Of a DNA stretch of 64,000 bases, positions 27,701-40,700 are shown piece by piece. How positions within the stretch are numbered: position 1 is the first letter of the stretch; every line of letters starts with the position of its first letter. The translations under genes were made by a program, and so were the position numbers. This DNA comes from Antedon mediterranea (taxonomy: Eukaryota; Animalia; Echinodermata), in contig NC_092678.1 in assembly GCF_964355755.1 (NCBI RefSeq), positions 7,766,422-7,830,421 of the forward strand, given 5' to 3'. Under the pieces are notes generated by a model that ran no database searches, was not told the DNA's origin, and worked only from the letters and a program-made list of their open reading frames with translations.

Positions 27701-29322
27701 GATAAAATTAGCTGCAGTGTTACAGTGCGCGCTTACTTTTTGAATGTTTGACTGAGTTTGAGAAGTCATGTGCTGGAAAATGGCCAATGATGATTTCATA
27801 TTGGACCATTGGCAATTCTTAAAAATTGTTGTTAAATGGCTCAATGATTTCTTTCTTAAAAACATTGCTCTTTATTGAATAGATTTTCTCAGAAGAATAT
27901 TTTTTTAGTGGGTGGGGGCGGAGGAAGGAAGTACTGTATAATGTACATTTATACTGTTTACTCTGTAGCTGATAATATCCTGATAGGAGTTATGTCTACA
28001 GTAGCCATTTCATGTAATGCTTACAACCGACTGTGTAATACTGTACATTGAGCTCTAAGAACTTCTTAAATTACAATTATTTGATATGAAATTAGTAACT
28101 ACGAAATTTGTTTTTATTGTACAGACCTCTTTCTCTTTCAGTTTTCGTACTCGATGTAGTAACACTGGCGAGAGTCTTGCCTTAAAATTCACTGGTAATT
28201 TGCTCTGTTCGATCTGAAAAATGAATTTAATTAGTGCTGTATAACTTAAGAATTAAATTGAAAAAAGATGATCCGGTCTATAAAGATTGTGAGGTTAAAA
28301 AAAAGGCATCAATATTTTTCGAAACAAGTCTACTGTACGGGGAGGCCTGAGCGAGTACCGCTCTGCCATAAGACTGCGATTTTATAACCTATTAGTATTT
28401 ATCAAACATCTATTGAGCATATGCTATTGATCATCATACAGTACTACTGACACTGTATTTGGTCAATCGTAATGCACTTTTATGAACCACTATACAACCT
28501 AAATGGTAAGTCACATCAATGAACAATTTGTGTGTCATTTGGCCCTGTCATTTTACCACCCACCAATACGTCGCCGTTCTTAAAATTGTCACCTAACTGT
28601 AGGTAAGTCACTTTTTTTTATGTAGGGGTGCGTCATGCTACAGTATTCATGTAAAGTATGGACAAATGACGTACCACTCCAAGTGCACAAGGACACTAAC
28701 AAATAGGGTCAACTCTGCTGAGATACTGGGTTCTTTCAACTGAATTTGTTTTCTCATTCTTTTATTGAAAAATGTTAATTAAAATACATTAAAATACATG
28801 ATACAGCTTTCAAAATTTGATACATGACCACAAAAATATATACAGTATTAAAAGTGGGATTTTTCACTTCAGTCAAAATGTGGACAGAAACGTGCTGGGC
28901 TGTCAGACAGAGCCAAACTTTCCCGATTACTAGGATAGCATAAACGGATTTATGCATCGACAACTGGGGTGACTTACCAATTTTCTCTGCCTTTCTAGAT
29001 GGAGTTCCTGTCTTGCCATAAACGTCGTTCCAAGGTTTTCTGCAATTTTCAAACTTGTGGAGCTCATACGAGGTTTAAAACTAAATTCACGATTTGATGT
29101 GGAATTTGTTGCATGATTTCCAACTGAACTAACAGGCGAAACAAACTGATGTTGTTGATGTTCAAAATTGTTATATTTTGATTGTCTTTCTTTAGCCAAT
29201 CGAATACTTGTTGCATTCAATTTTGGTGCAAAAGTTAGCTCTGTTTCGAAAGAAAACCTGTTTTGTGCTGTTATAATGCCACTCGAGCGAGCAGAATCTG
29301 ACTCGTCTTTTACCTTCATCAT
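15793..29322 (-). CDS. TTLL3: Tubulin monoglycylase, TTLL3/TTLL8 family (~1073 aa in the read-through isoform), 16 exons
   Basis: Phase-consistent exons (minus): 29322-28978, 28213-28127, 26535-26346, 25627-25517, 24806-24637, 22715-22553, 21953-21865, 21185-21057, 20748-20634, 20495-20337, 20048-19850, 19070-18922, 18459-18219, 17734-17512, 17145-16933, 16431-15793. Motifs: [119 protein letters not shown]. The first four exons are less certain than the catalytic core. Confidence 0.93.
16590..16830 (+). mobile_element. Degenerate SINE-like repeat
   Basis: Shares ttaagcaagatgcttt / gatgtaaagc / tacattattcaaaaagtgtagggg blocks with 16470-16560, 21505-21690 and (inverted) 23380-23495; a related fragment lies at 18060-18190. 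Confidence 0.55.
17259..17490 (+). repeat. 17-bp minisatellite (consensus ~GGGGACACTCCTATTCA), ~13-14 degenerate units
   Basis: Tandem ctcctattc-containing units in the TTLL3 intron; explains spurious ORF 17257-17547. Confidence 0.9.
19379..19719. mobile_element. Two abutting Harbinger-like MITEs sharing a TAA
   Basis: TAA|AGATCTGTCTAGACTATCAAA...TTTGATAGTGTAGACAGACCT|TAA|AGTTTGGTTCCCACTAG...GGGAACCATGCT|TTA. The first family also occurs at ~57517-57655. Confidence 0.75.
23003..23354. mobile_element. Second MULE-like element with the same termini as 5078-6022
   Basis: GCGATTT..TTTTCGTAC..GTTGGGGACC left end; CATGTTTATTTTGTGACGTTTCATGA..ATCGC right end; 9-bp TSD GCCAAGTAC/GCCCAGTAC (1 mismatch). 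Confidence 0.75.
24366..24514. mobile_element. Tc1/mariner-like MITE
   Basis: TA|CAGTCAACTCTCC ... GGAGAGTTGACTG|TA. Confidence 0.85.
25882..26041. mobile_element. Truncated GGTTCCCACTAG-family MITE
   Basis: Near-identical interior to 12600-12755, ending CTAGTGGGAACCAAGCT. Confidence 0.8.
26600..26855. repeat. Degenerate (ATTG)n-like low-complexity tract
   Basis: Repeated attga/gattga units. Confidence 0.75.
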
Positions 29323-31165
29323 TTCTCTACCACGCAACAAGGCCAACGACAGAAAAGACCAGTACCTTCTGTCTGGTTGCTGGTATTTCGATCGGTTCAC
29401 TGTATGGGCCTAGGCTCAAGCCTATTTGGCTAGGCTCTGCGAAAAGGATCAATGCCGCAGCCGCGACGTTTGAATGGCCTTGTTGCTCGCACTTTGTTGA
29501 TCAACAAACACGATCGATAGGGAAAACGATAGGCTTACGCTTACGATTTGTGGTGAGAATACCAACGAATGGAACTGGAAATATACTTCCTTTCAAATTG
29601 CACATCTATATATCATCAAGAATTGTTCACCATGTTTTTTATTCTAAAATTACCACTTTATGAACAAAACATTTCATTTCTCTTTTCACATTTCGCATGC
29701 AGTTTGCTTGCCTTCTCCTCGTCCCCTGAAATAACATCGCGTGTCACCATGGACGCGAATAAACTCATGCATATTCATGAGATTTCTTAAAGGTGAGCTC
29801 CGGGCCGGCCACAGACTTTGTGAAATTGTTACGGAAGCCTCAAGTGCCATCTTCATTCGTTCATTCAACCTTTATTCAGCAGAATAAAAATGAAGCTAAT
29901 TTACTATAAAAAAAAAACCCACAACCCCCTCCACTAAATGTTTTTTTTATAGATATTAAAAAAGACATGACAATTGTAGAATAAATTTAGTACAGTGTAT
30001 AGATTATAACCTTTTTGTGGAGCACTATAAAACAATGTATGCCAACTTTATAAATGTTTCCAAGTTTTTCAGGAGACAATAATAGTTGAACACACTTTTC
30101 CGTAGTGATACTGGTCTAATTCTTTCTTTTAGTCTACACGATGACTTTTTAATAGTTTTATTCTTCCAATCATGTTAACAATATACCGTAGCCTATTATA
30201 GGCCAAAAGAAGACCCTACTATTAAGGTTTCAGTTTAGCCTACAGAGAATTACAATACAGTAGCCTATGTACTTTCTGTTTTTGTAGGCCATTACGTTAC
30301 AGATAAAAGTACTATATAATTGATATCACACATGAATAGATTCTGTCATTTGATTGGAGGATTGTGGGTCACATGATATTCAATAACTACTCAATTGAAC
30401 TCTTACTGTACGTCGTCATCAAGAATGAAATTTTAGTGCGGGTGCAATATTCGTATTGTTGTTACAGAGAGTAACTGAAAATACTATTCGCTACGAGCAT
30501 TAGTCCAGGTTAGACCGATATTTGTAAGAAGATAAATATTTTGGCACATATGGCGTTTCATACGTATACAATTTGAGCTCAATATTTTGTATTTCAGACA
30601 AAAATCGAAACGCCAACTGGTGGACTAAACATGTCGTAATTCAGCTTCCAAAATTGGCTTGCTCCATTCTCAAATAGTCACGCCTTGTCTTTAATCTCTT
30701 GTTAAAAGTAGGTGTGTTATAAAATAAATAATGAAATGTTTTATATTCGTGCAATGGTACAAATAATTTCATTCACTTTGGCCCCATGAAAAAATTAGAA
30801 CCTGAAATGATTTGTACCATTGTACTTTAAGTCAACTTATGTAACAATGTAATGACATTTTTATGAAGGCAATCGATTCCATTGCTACAGTTATATTTAA
30901 TTTAACAACAAAATAAACTGTAATGTTAAACAATAACAACAAAAAGCGTTTTAACTGGTACATACAGTATTTGCTTTAATACCACCACCTTTGGCCTACA
31001 ATCTTAGTTATAGCCTATTATTATTTTATTTAATTTTAAATTATTTACAATTATATACCAATTCAACTATAGGCCTACTATACGATTGAATGTGTGTTCG
31101 CTTGTATTCTGCCTACAATTTAGCCAACAGTAAGTTATAAATAGCTATAACATAACAATTATTAA

Positions 31166-31487
31166 AGATATATTTTTTTTAAACAATTTTTTGTTGTTGA
31201 ATATGTCATTTTAATGCCACGTATAGTTATTTACTTTGACCAAACACTGGATCGGAAAAAAAATGATTTACCAGGAAAAAAAATGTATTAAAGCCAAAAA
31301 AAAAATTGCTTAAATTGTCTATCAGACAATGGTTTTTGGTTAAAATTAACCGTTTCTTTTGTGTTTTAATAAAAGTGAAATAAATTTTTTTACAGCAGTG
31401 AATAACTAATATTAAAACTGAAAAACGACCTATTTAAAGTCTGATTTATCAATCTTCATTTTCCTGTTTTTGGAGGAAAATACATCT
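31166..31487. mobile_element. TTAA-flanked MITE copy
   Basis: TTAA|AGATA... AATACATCT|TTAA, homologous to 13148-13484. Confidence 0.7.
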
Positions 31488-32276
31488 TTAATATAATATT
31501 CAATCGATCTTTTGTTTTTGAATAATACAATTGTTTCCTTTTATATGAATAATGGTTGTCGATACAATCTCATGAAAACACAAATTGATTGATTGTTTTT
31601 TTGCTATAGGCCTAATTATTAATACAGAGAACATAACGTAACATAATTTAGCTTAATAAACATTGCTTTATATAATTATTACAAACATTAATCTATCTGT
31701 TACTAAAACTCACTAAAATAATTATTATTAATTAAAATTCAATTAATTTTGTTAACGAAAATGCATATAATGTATACACTGAGTATAACTAATAAGACAC
31801 TCAAAATAAATATACTGTAGACAGTTAATAAAAATAAATTAATTTAAAAAAACATATATCACATACGTTGATGAAATACATTAAAATGAAAACAAATATA
31901 TATTATTTTACAAAGTAACTCGAATTAACCTAAATTGTACAGTATTTACAGGCCACTGTAGTTTTCGGTACCAAGACGTCTCCCATTCTCGTGTTATCCA
32001 AGAGCGTAGTTTTTGCTGATTAGCTTACGGAAAACAGGCTCAAATAATCTAACTTCAAATGTATTGATAACAACGAATCTAAGCTTAAATACGATACAAA
32101 GTAAATTATTAAAAATACCAGCCAGAAAGAAGAGAGCAATACAAACCATGTTAAAGGTTAGATGTCAAATGTCAAATTAAAATGGAGTTTCTGTATTGCA
32201 TAATAAAACATAAACCGGGCTCTGAAAAAGTACCGTTATAAAATATCTTGCATTCTTGTGACGTCGTTCAGCCTTG

Positions 32277-33173
32277 TTATAATTTCAACTTCACTTTATT
32301 ATGACACTTAATTCAAAATCCTGTAGTCCTATTACATTTTATATATCGCATTCATCCATGTCCATGTCTATAAGACGAGGAAAAATTGTCAAAAGAGTGC
32401 AAAGTAAGGCTCCATCAATTTTATTAGGATCATTTCCACTGATATCAATGAGCTTCAGTGACTTTAACTCGATATTTCTATTGGAACACTCTTCGATCAT
32501 ACTGTTTAATACAGTCCTAGGTAGATTGCAATCGTACATATACAGATATTCTAGACTTGTACACATAATGACTAAAGAACCTAGTAAAGTACCATCATTG
32601 TCGTTGAGATTATTACCACTGATGTCAAGATTCAGTAAAGGTAATTCCATTCTTCTATTAGAACACTCGATGATCGTTTTATTCATTACAACCCCTGACA
32701 GATTAGAATCTTTCAGGTCAAGATGACTCAACTCAGGAGACATATCCAATAAAGAACCAAGTAAAACACCTTCAGTGTCAAGCAAAGTACCATCTATATT
32801 GCTTAAATCATTGTCACTAACACATCAAGATCAACTCCCCTATCGGAACAATCTATGATCAAATCATTCATAATAGTGCCAGATAGATTACAATTAGTCA
32901 TGTCAAGGGTTTTCAACATTGAACACACACTTATTAAATAACCCAGGAAAGCACCATCGATGGTGCTAAGATTATTGCCACTGATCTGCAAAGCTTGTGT
33001 ATCATCCATTACATCACTAGACAATTTACAACCATGCATAATATAAAGGTGCTGCAACAGAGAAGACGTGACTAAAAAAGAACTCAGTAAAGTACATACT
33101 ATCGATATCGCCTAGATAATTAAAGCTGACGTTAAGATAACGTAAACTCAACTTAACTGCTCTGTTAACCCAC
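32277..33173 (-). pseudogene. Truncated, frameshifted duplicate of the LRR end of the NLR at 58190-61059
   Basis: Same LRR units (LNLDISGNNLNDNDGTLLGSL) and the same stop/3' flank as 58190 (cttgttataatttcaacttcactttattatgacac). Frame breaks near 33097, 32800 and 32340. Homology stops at ~33173 where a repeat begins; no NACHT. Confidence 0.88.
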
Positions 33174-33381
33174 TAAGCGAAATATTGCGCAACTAATCAG
33201 AAAATGAGCTACGGCGCTTTCATGAGCACTCATGCGAATCGAAAAGCTCAGCAGCCACGAGATAAACATGAACGTCGCAGCTATTCGTTCATGTAGTGGT
33301 GGAAAGAGAGTAGCGCGATTTCTTTCTCTTCGAAACGTTGGATTCGCGCTACCAAACTCGCCTAGAGGAAAATCGGCTTTA
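33174..33381. mobile_element. MITE-like fragment at the 5' break of the NLR pseudogene
   Basis: GC-richer block ending TCGCCTAGAGGAAAATCGGCT|TTAA directly abutting the end of NLR homology. Confidence 0.45.
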
Positions 33382-34717
33382 AAATGATCTAAGATCATGT
33401 GACAGATTGTTTGAGGAGCAAGATTTAATTTTGAGTTTTAGTCAAGTCAACCACGCTGATATCTTTTGACAGAAAGATTGGTGAAGTTAAATAATACTTC
33501 TTTCACCAAAACTCCAGAGTGATCTCCGGAAACACCCCGGGGGTTATGACCATTCAAAACGTCGAATTACAAGATCTGTATCTGACCAGTATGTACTTAT
33601 GTCCGATAAGTAAAACTGAATTACATAAATTATCATATTTTCAACAGATTATTCCCATTTGGAATCAGTTACCGTATCGAGATATCAGGTCAAACAATTC
33701 TCTTTTACTCTTCAATAAGTCTGTAAATTCTACGGTAAATTGAAAAAAGTCTCAGCAACGACCTACTCACCCTTTATAAGCAGAACACAAACATCAAGTA
33801 TCCCGGACAATTGAAAACCAAGAAAGACATGAAACAACTTAAAGAACTAGCCAATGAAAGACCAGAAACTGGTAAAAGAGATTCACGGAGCAGCCCAAGC
33901 GGAAATGTCGGCATACCTTTCAGTGAAAAGGCAGTAATCATCATCAAATTGAAAAAAGTCATATATTTTAGCCATTTTTATACTGTATTTACTTTTGTGC
34001 ATTTGGTCTATACTGTTAGTTCTACTGTTACGTATATTTTAAGGGGAAATGTGGATAGAGGTGCTTTTCACCTGTTTATCCCTTTCTTTCCGCTTCCTTT
34101 TTGTTAAGTGCAGTGATTAGGTTTAATAAATACAAAATCAAGTCAACAAGTGATAAATGGTCAGTGAGACCGAAAGGTGCTATAATATGACATTCAAATG
34201 TGAACAAATTGTAGGCCTATCCTACAAACAAAAACTTTTACTTTACTATCTGATTATAATTCAATGATTATCTGACAGCGAAGAATTATTATAATATCCA
34301 ATGACAGTCATTGTAAATACCGACATATAGGTTGACATTCAAAATAAAGTTTCGATTATTTGACATCAAGAACAAAGACATTGTTTATTGAAAATGATGT
34401 TACAGATTACTGTTTTGTAAAAATCCATGTGTGGTCTTAAAATCTAACGTAGTTGGCCTTTGGTTTAATTTAAATTTCATATTATTTTTATTTTATGTAT
34501 ATACATGTATATTTTTTGGTATTTTAAGTTATTCAAATATCAACATTAATGTATAATATATTTCTATTCATTTCGATTACTTAGTGTAAAAATAACAAAT
34601 CTACAATTTTCTATGTAAATTTCAAAGTTACATTTTCGATTAAATTTCAAAACCACAATAGAACGAAAATCTATAATTGCATAATATTTGCAAAAGCTGA
34701 ATAATAAGAGTCTCGAT

Positions 34718-37700
34718 TTAGCAGCAGTCTTTTTTCATTTTCAAAACTCCATTATACTTCAGGCCACTGTCATCATCTGTTGAAAAGATAGAAATGTGTT
34801 AAATAAGCACAGTAGCATAAAACTTATAATCATCATTATCATAAAACACATTTTTCGAGCCTGGGTAGAAAGATGAATTTGTGCCGCAGGAGGGCGGGGC
34901 TCTACGTCATCACGTGGTGGGCTGCGGCGGGTACTAGCGTGGGGAATTTGATACATCCGCGTGGTGTATGTGTCCTTTCACTTTTAGCATCCATCCGGAG
35001 TAGACGTGTTTAAAGATTTACCCATCGTCCTCCCCTGCTTCCACCAGTGTTTGAAGTTTACATTACTTGGGCATGTTCACCTGCAGCAAACTTGTATTTT
35101 AATTAGTTTTAGTTTAGTAAGTCAAGTTAATCTTTGGATTCTTGATAACCATGCATATTATATTTAACATTCAATATATATTTATGTGATTTTATGTAAT
35201 AACCAAGGTGTTTAGTTAGTAGTAGTTATTGTCCGTACATATACGGTACACTTGATAGGGGCAGCCCATACATTATGTAAACTAAATTAGTTATGGGCTG
35301 CCCCATTATTACAACTCTATTATTATATATATGCTATTATGTGTTTCGTCATTTAAATAAATGACATTTTCCATCCAAGTTGGTGTGTATTGTATTTTTC
35401 CGTCTGGCCTCTTGCGGCATAAAAGTATATTCTGCCATTAAGATTGTCGCACTTAGAAACAACACATTAGTAGTAATGTAATTATTTCAGTTTCAAATAT
35501 TGAAGCGTTATATTTTGGTTAGCGTTTGGTTAAGTGACTACGAACGTTCAATTAACAGGTTGCTTGAAACCTAACGTTAACAATTACGTTTAACGGACGT
35601 CAAAAAGGGTCCACACATTCACTTTATTTGAAAACATTCAAAAACCGTAATGGTAATACTCAACTAACGTTTGGTGAACGTCAGCTTTAACGTTCGCTGA
35701 ACGTCGTTTGAAGGTTAAACTAACGTTAGTTATAACGTTCACTGGACGTCAGAAAGGGTCCACAACTTATGTTATTTGAAAGTTCATTTCAAAACATTAA
35801 AAAAAAGACATAAACTGTAAAATTCAACAAACGTTCGCTGAACGTTGTTCGAAGGTTAATCTAACATTAGTTATAACTTTCAGCGGACGTCACAAAGGGT
35901 CCAAAACTTAATGTTATTCAAAGAACATAACGGTAACATTCAAACACTGAAGCAAAGACAGGTAACCCATGCTTGACCAATCACAATCAACTGTTCAGAT
36001 GAGGCGTCGCTTGTGATTGGTCAAATTACTCTCATTGAACGTACATGACCGTGAGACCTTAGTGAGAGCTAAATAATATTATATAAACTCACAAAGCCAG
36101 TTGTCTTCATTAGTTCCAGCCGTCTTGAAATCCGGCAAACGTTTTGTCACAGAGTCCCAGGCGTCTTTACTGATAAACTCCCACGTTGCACCGTGATCTT
36201 TACTGCGCATGTAACTGCGCATGTCCATGTGAATGCCATAGATAAGTCCTGTGAGCTGGTCAGATCCAATGACATTGTGTAGGTTCATTGGTAGAGCTAT
36301 TGAAGAAGATTTATATTTTTACACATAGGCCCCTATTATAATGATAATAGTATAGGGATATATTTTTCATTTTGACAAAAAAAAAATATTGATATATTTG
36401 CAATGTTCTGTTTATGTGTCTTTAAAAAAAATTGAAATTGAGAAAAATAGAAAGTCATTGTTGTGTGGGCGCTAGGCATTCAATGAAGGATGTATTGACA
36501 AAAGAAATCTAGGCCTATGCCTAACTATTCCTTGCTAGTTGTCTGCAAATCTAAAGATCTGCGGGAAAAAGTGTCAGTGTTAGGCCTATTACTTTTCTAT
36601 TTATTAAGTTGGAGATTCCTCTTGCTGTCCATATCAATGTGTATGATGACCCGTGTTAGTTGGGCTGTAAGTATTGAAGTTCGAAGTGTTTTGATATATC
36701 AGCCAGCCTCAGTGCTATTTGAGGGACATTATTGTTTTACCTTTCCAGCGTCCATCTGGTGAATTATTTTGTACATAGCAGGACGGAACAACCATGTCTG
36801 ATAGACGTCTAACTGAAGGGTTACAAGCAAAAATTACGTCATTATCCGGATCGTCCAACTTCTTAGTAATGACAAAACCCCGGTCATAATAATCTGTCAA
36901 AATAAAAATCGATAAATTGTATTGTGTGAAAAATGTCGTGAGTGTTGATTTTCGACAAATTGCTAAAAGTCACACAAATAAAAACCAACCCATGTTAAAT
37001 AGGAACGAGTTTGGTGCTCTCGGGGATTACTGGATGACATTTACTAGTTCCTTTTTGGGTTTTAAGGGATATTAGTTTAGACTAATTTTTTAGATATGTT
37101 TACTGAAACATGTATTGTAGATTGAGAAGTATTATATATATTGAAGCTCTTATGCTTGGTTCCCACTAGGACGCAACGCAAACGCAAGGACTCTTTATTC
37201 CAAACTTACCTGGAACTGGGCATCTACTAGGATCACTGACACACACAGTATGTTTTCCGTTTTCACACGTATGAGCACCAGCCAGGCAACAATCGCACTG
37301 GCTAGATCCCCCATCATAATGGCAGACGTCTGTCTGAGATTCGGTCCATTTGCTGTACCTCATCACAGCTTCTTTTGCATATCTTAGTACTGGTTCTGAA
37401 GAATAAAAGTACTATAACAATGGACAACCTTACTTATTTTTCTGAAACCCTCTTTCTAATAGACAATGTGTGCGTTTCTTTATTACAAAATTGCAGTAGC
37501 TCATTTAGAGGTTTATTGTGGCGATCAAGTCTATGATAGTATGTAGTCATTATCGAACAATCAAGTGCCCAATCACAACGCAATAATTTGTCCTTAGGTC
37601 AAAGGTTAAAACATTATTGAATTTATCCGATAATTATCCGATTTGAATGAGGTAATTATCGGTTAATTTTTCTGGAGCGGAATCAGTTAAACCCCGTTTT

Positions 37701-40700
37701 TACATGAACTTTATCAGTTCATTTTTGGTTAAGTTTATCGGTTAATTATTAACTGCAGAAACACGGTCTTGTGCAGTACGTAAGAACCATGGAATTAGCG
37801 TACCGTATTCAAAATCTAACATTTGATACTCGCAGATAGCTGGCAAGATAGAGGCGCAGTCCATAATGTCCCAGTCACCAAGATCAGTACTGACATCCCT
37901 GGTATCGTAGACATCTACAAAAGCCGCAGCTCCGCAGTCTTTGGTCACACTTGTTCCGGGTCGGTTTGGTAGCCATTTTGTAAAAGACGCAGATGACCCG
38001 TTTGTCCACTTGAAAGTATCAGTACCCTAGAACATATACATTGTTATAATTGAAAAGTCATAATAAACGGCATGATCATGTGATCATTATGTGATAATTA
38101 TAGACTTGCCCTATCGAAGTTACGTCCCCTTTCTCGTTTAGTTGGCATGGTCAGCTCATTACGGTAATTATGAGTAACACGGGGTCTCTGAGCCATACTC
38201 ACCCCAACGTCTTTCAGCCCAATCCAGTATTTGTATGGCGAGAGTGCTGGAACGAGGCCGCGAAGAAATTGCTGTTCAAACGTATCTTCGATCATGACTA
38301 ATTGAGCATTGTCTGCTTCACAGGCCGCCTTTGCTGCATCCCAAGTTTCTAGCGTGTCGTTGAACACTTTGTAACACGTTTCTTTGTAAGGTGTGTAACC
38401 AGACCGACATAAATCTAAAAGTAAGAGTTAAAAGTGTAAGAGTTATAGGGTAGTAATAATCCGCCGATTCATGTTTCTAAGGATCATTGACACACTCTTT
38501 ATTACAACGTAATATATGTAAATTTGTATCAACCAATGTTGGTTTGGTCGAGGAAGTCGTTATAATACACATGTGATCCTGTATCTACAACTCCTCTATG
38601 TTACAGGACAAATTTTCGATACTTTACCGATAATACATAATAAACAGAATTCGGAATTGATAAGAATGGTTTAATGTTGTTGGTCCACTTATGGGCAAAC
38701 ATCAGGTACTAATTACCTCGCGTACAATCCCCAAACCTGATGAGATGGACCTATATCCATTTTAAAATGGTTCGAATTAGGCAAACTATGTATGTCTTCT
38801 TAAAGAGATTAATCTAACCCACTAACGTACACTTACCACCACCAACATCTGGTCTGTCCGAATACTTAAATTGAAAATGTTTTGTGGAACCAAGAACTTT
38901 AGCGCTATTAACAGTCGAGAACCACAACAAATCAGCCACGCCAACAAAGCGATGAGTGCCCGGAGAACTGTTTCCGTTTTTGTCGATTCCTAGGCGTACA
39001 CGGAAAGTTGGTTTTGCAGCAATCTGAATGGTTCCAAGCTGTAAAATACATAAAAATGTTACTAAATGCTGTCCTTTACGCTAGACTTGCTCCAAGTCTG
39101 TATTTATTGTCTTTTTTATATTTATTCGAGCTCAAGTGTTATACGTATGAAACGCCATAGGCCTATTATACAAATATTTGTCTTTTTACTAATATATTAA
39201 GTCAAAACTCCATCTGGAATCCAGACTATCCTTTATGCATGCTTTCATTGAGAAAACCCCTGCCCACTTATATCATAAGTCATTTAAACACACTTTCCAG
39301 TGAAGTAAGTACTTGTAAACCGTTTCAATAAAACAAATCTGCATGAGTGAACAGATCGCACTCTGTAGGTAAAACATATAGAGTACTAAGTTAAAAGTGG
39401 GCCCTACACATAATTGAATCTGTTGCTGCAACCATTATTGTAGAATAACTTACATTAAATCGAACAGGAGATGGTCCAGACATGCTTGGGTTTACCACTG
39501 GTGGCTGGAACAGCTCTGTGTATTCTGATTCAAGGCTAATATATCGCACATTTTTCGACGTCATTATTGTGAATGTTACATCTACTGCTTTTCCCGTTGA
39601 ATCGTCATCGTGCCAAATACTAATCAGTAGTATTACATCATAACTAACATGAATAACAACCAAAATAGACTATTATCCAAATCGAATTAGAGTGGTACTA
39701 CAATCAGTGTATCATGACGTCTAAGGGTGCTTATGTGAACATAATGTCGCGACCAAATTGTCAAACGCCGTGACCAAATTCCAAATGCCACAACCCAAAT
39801 GTCAAATGCGTGTGTAAAAATTGGTTAAATTTAAAAACAATAATTGACAAAGATCAAATACGACGAATGCAATTTTTTGCCATTTAAAAAGAGGTATATG
39901 ATTCTGGTTGTGTTTGCCAGTGTCAGTCTGAAGCATTTATCTTTATTTTATTCATACAATTCTACAATAATAATAACAATTAGATTTACATTGCTTACTT
40001 ACCCTTTATAAAAGGAATTAGTTTCGTACGTTATCTTGAACGACATTTTAGGCTTCGGGACTTCATTAATCAGCGCATAAACTGGTACATCTCCAGCCCA
40101 GATATGAGCTCCGTCGCCAATCTGCATTCTAAGTCTTAACCAGTGCTCTGATCCATTGACCACCGCGTCTGTATCGTCTAGGACAATTTCAACTTCTAAC
40201 GCCAAGATGTTATTGGAAGCTTCTGGGTCGTTCACTTCAATAAATCCGTCAAACTGTGTCACTGAACAGTCTTTAAGGATGCCGAAATCATCATTGTTAG
40301 CAATGTACTGCGTCTGAGGAGCGTAGTAGCAGAACTCTGTCGAATATGTACAGAACAATGATTCACTAACGAACGAAACCGACACTTTGTTGATACTCCA
40401 CTGCTCGCTTGTCTTGTTAGTCGTAAAGTTGTATGGTAATGTGACTTCAATTGTTGGATCAGCAGTACCTTTTGGAAACTCAACAATGAGGTTCATATGC
40501 ACTTTTTGACCAACGTTAACATAAACATTACCATCTGTAGATTTCTCGGTGATGTTCAACACGAACTGCGGTAGTTTACATATGGTAGCTCCTTCTGCAG
40601 TGACCAAACCGGCGTCATCAATTTCAGCAGTAATAGTTACACGTAGAATAACCCCAGGTTTCACATTGGCTATGGTAAGTTAATGATCAAACAAAACGTT

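Noticed and set aside
35022-35080. Possible terminal exon of the mosaic gene
   Set aside because: Stops within a few codons in all frames and lies in the LTR-like element; 34776-34718 fits better.
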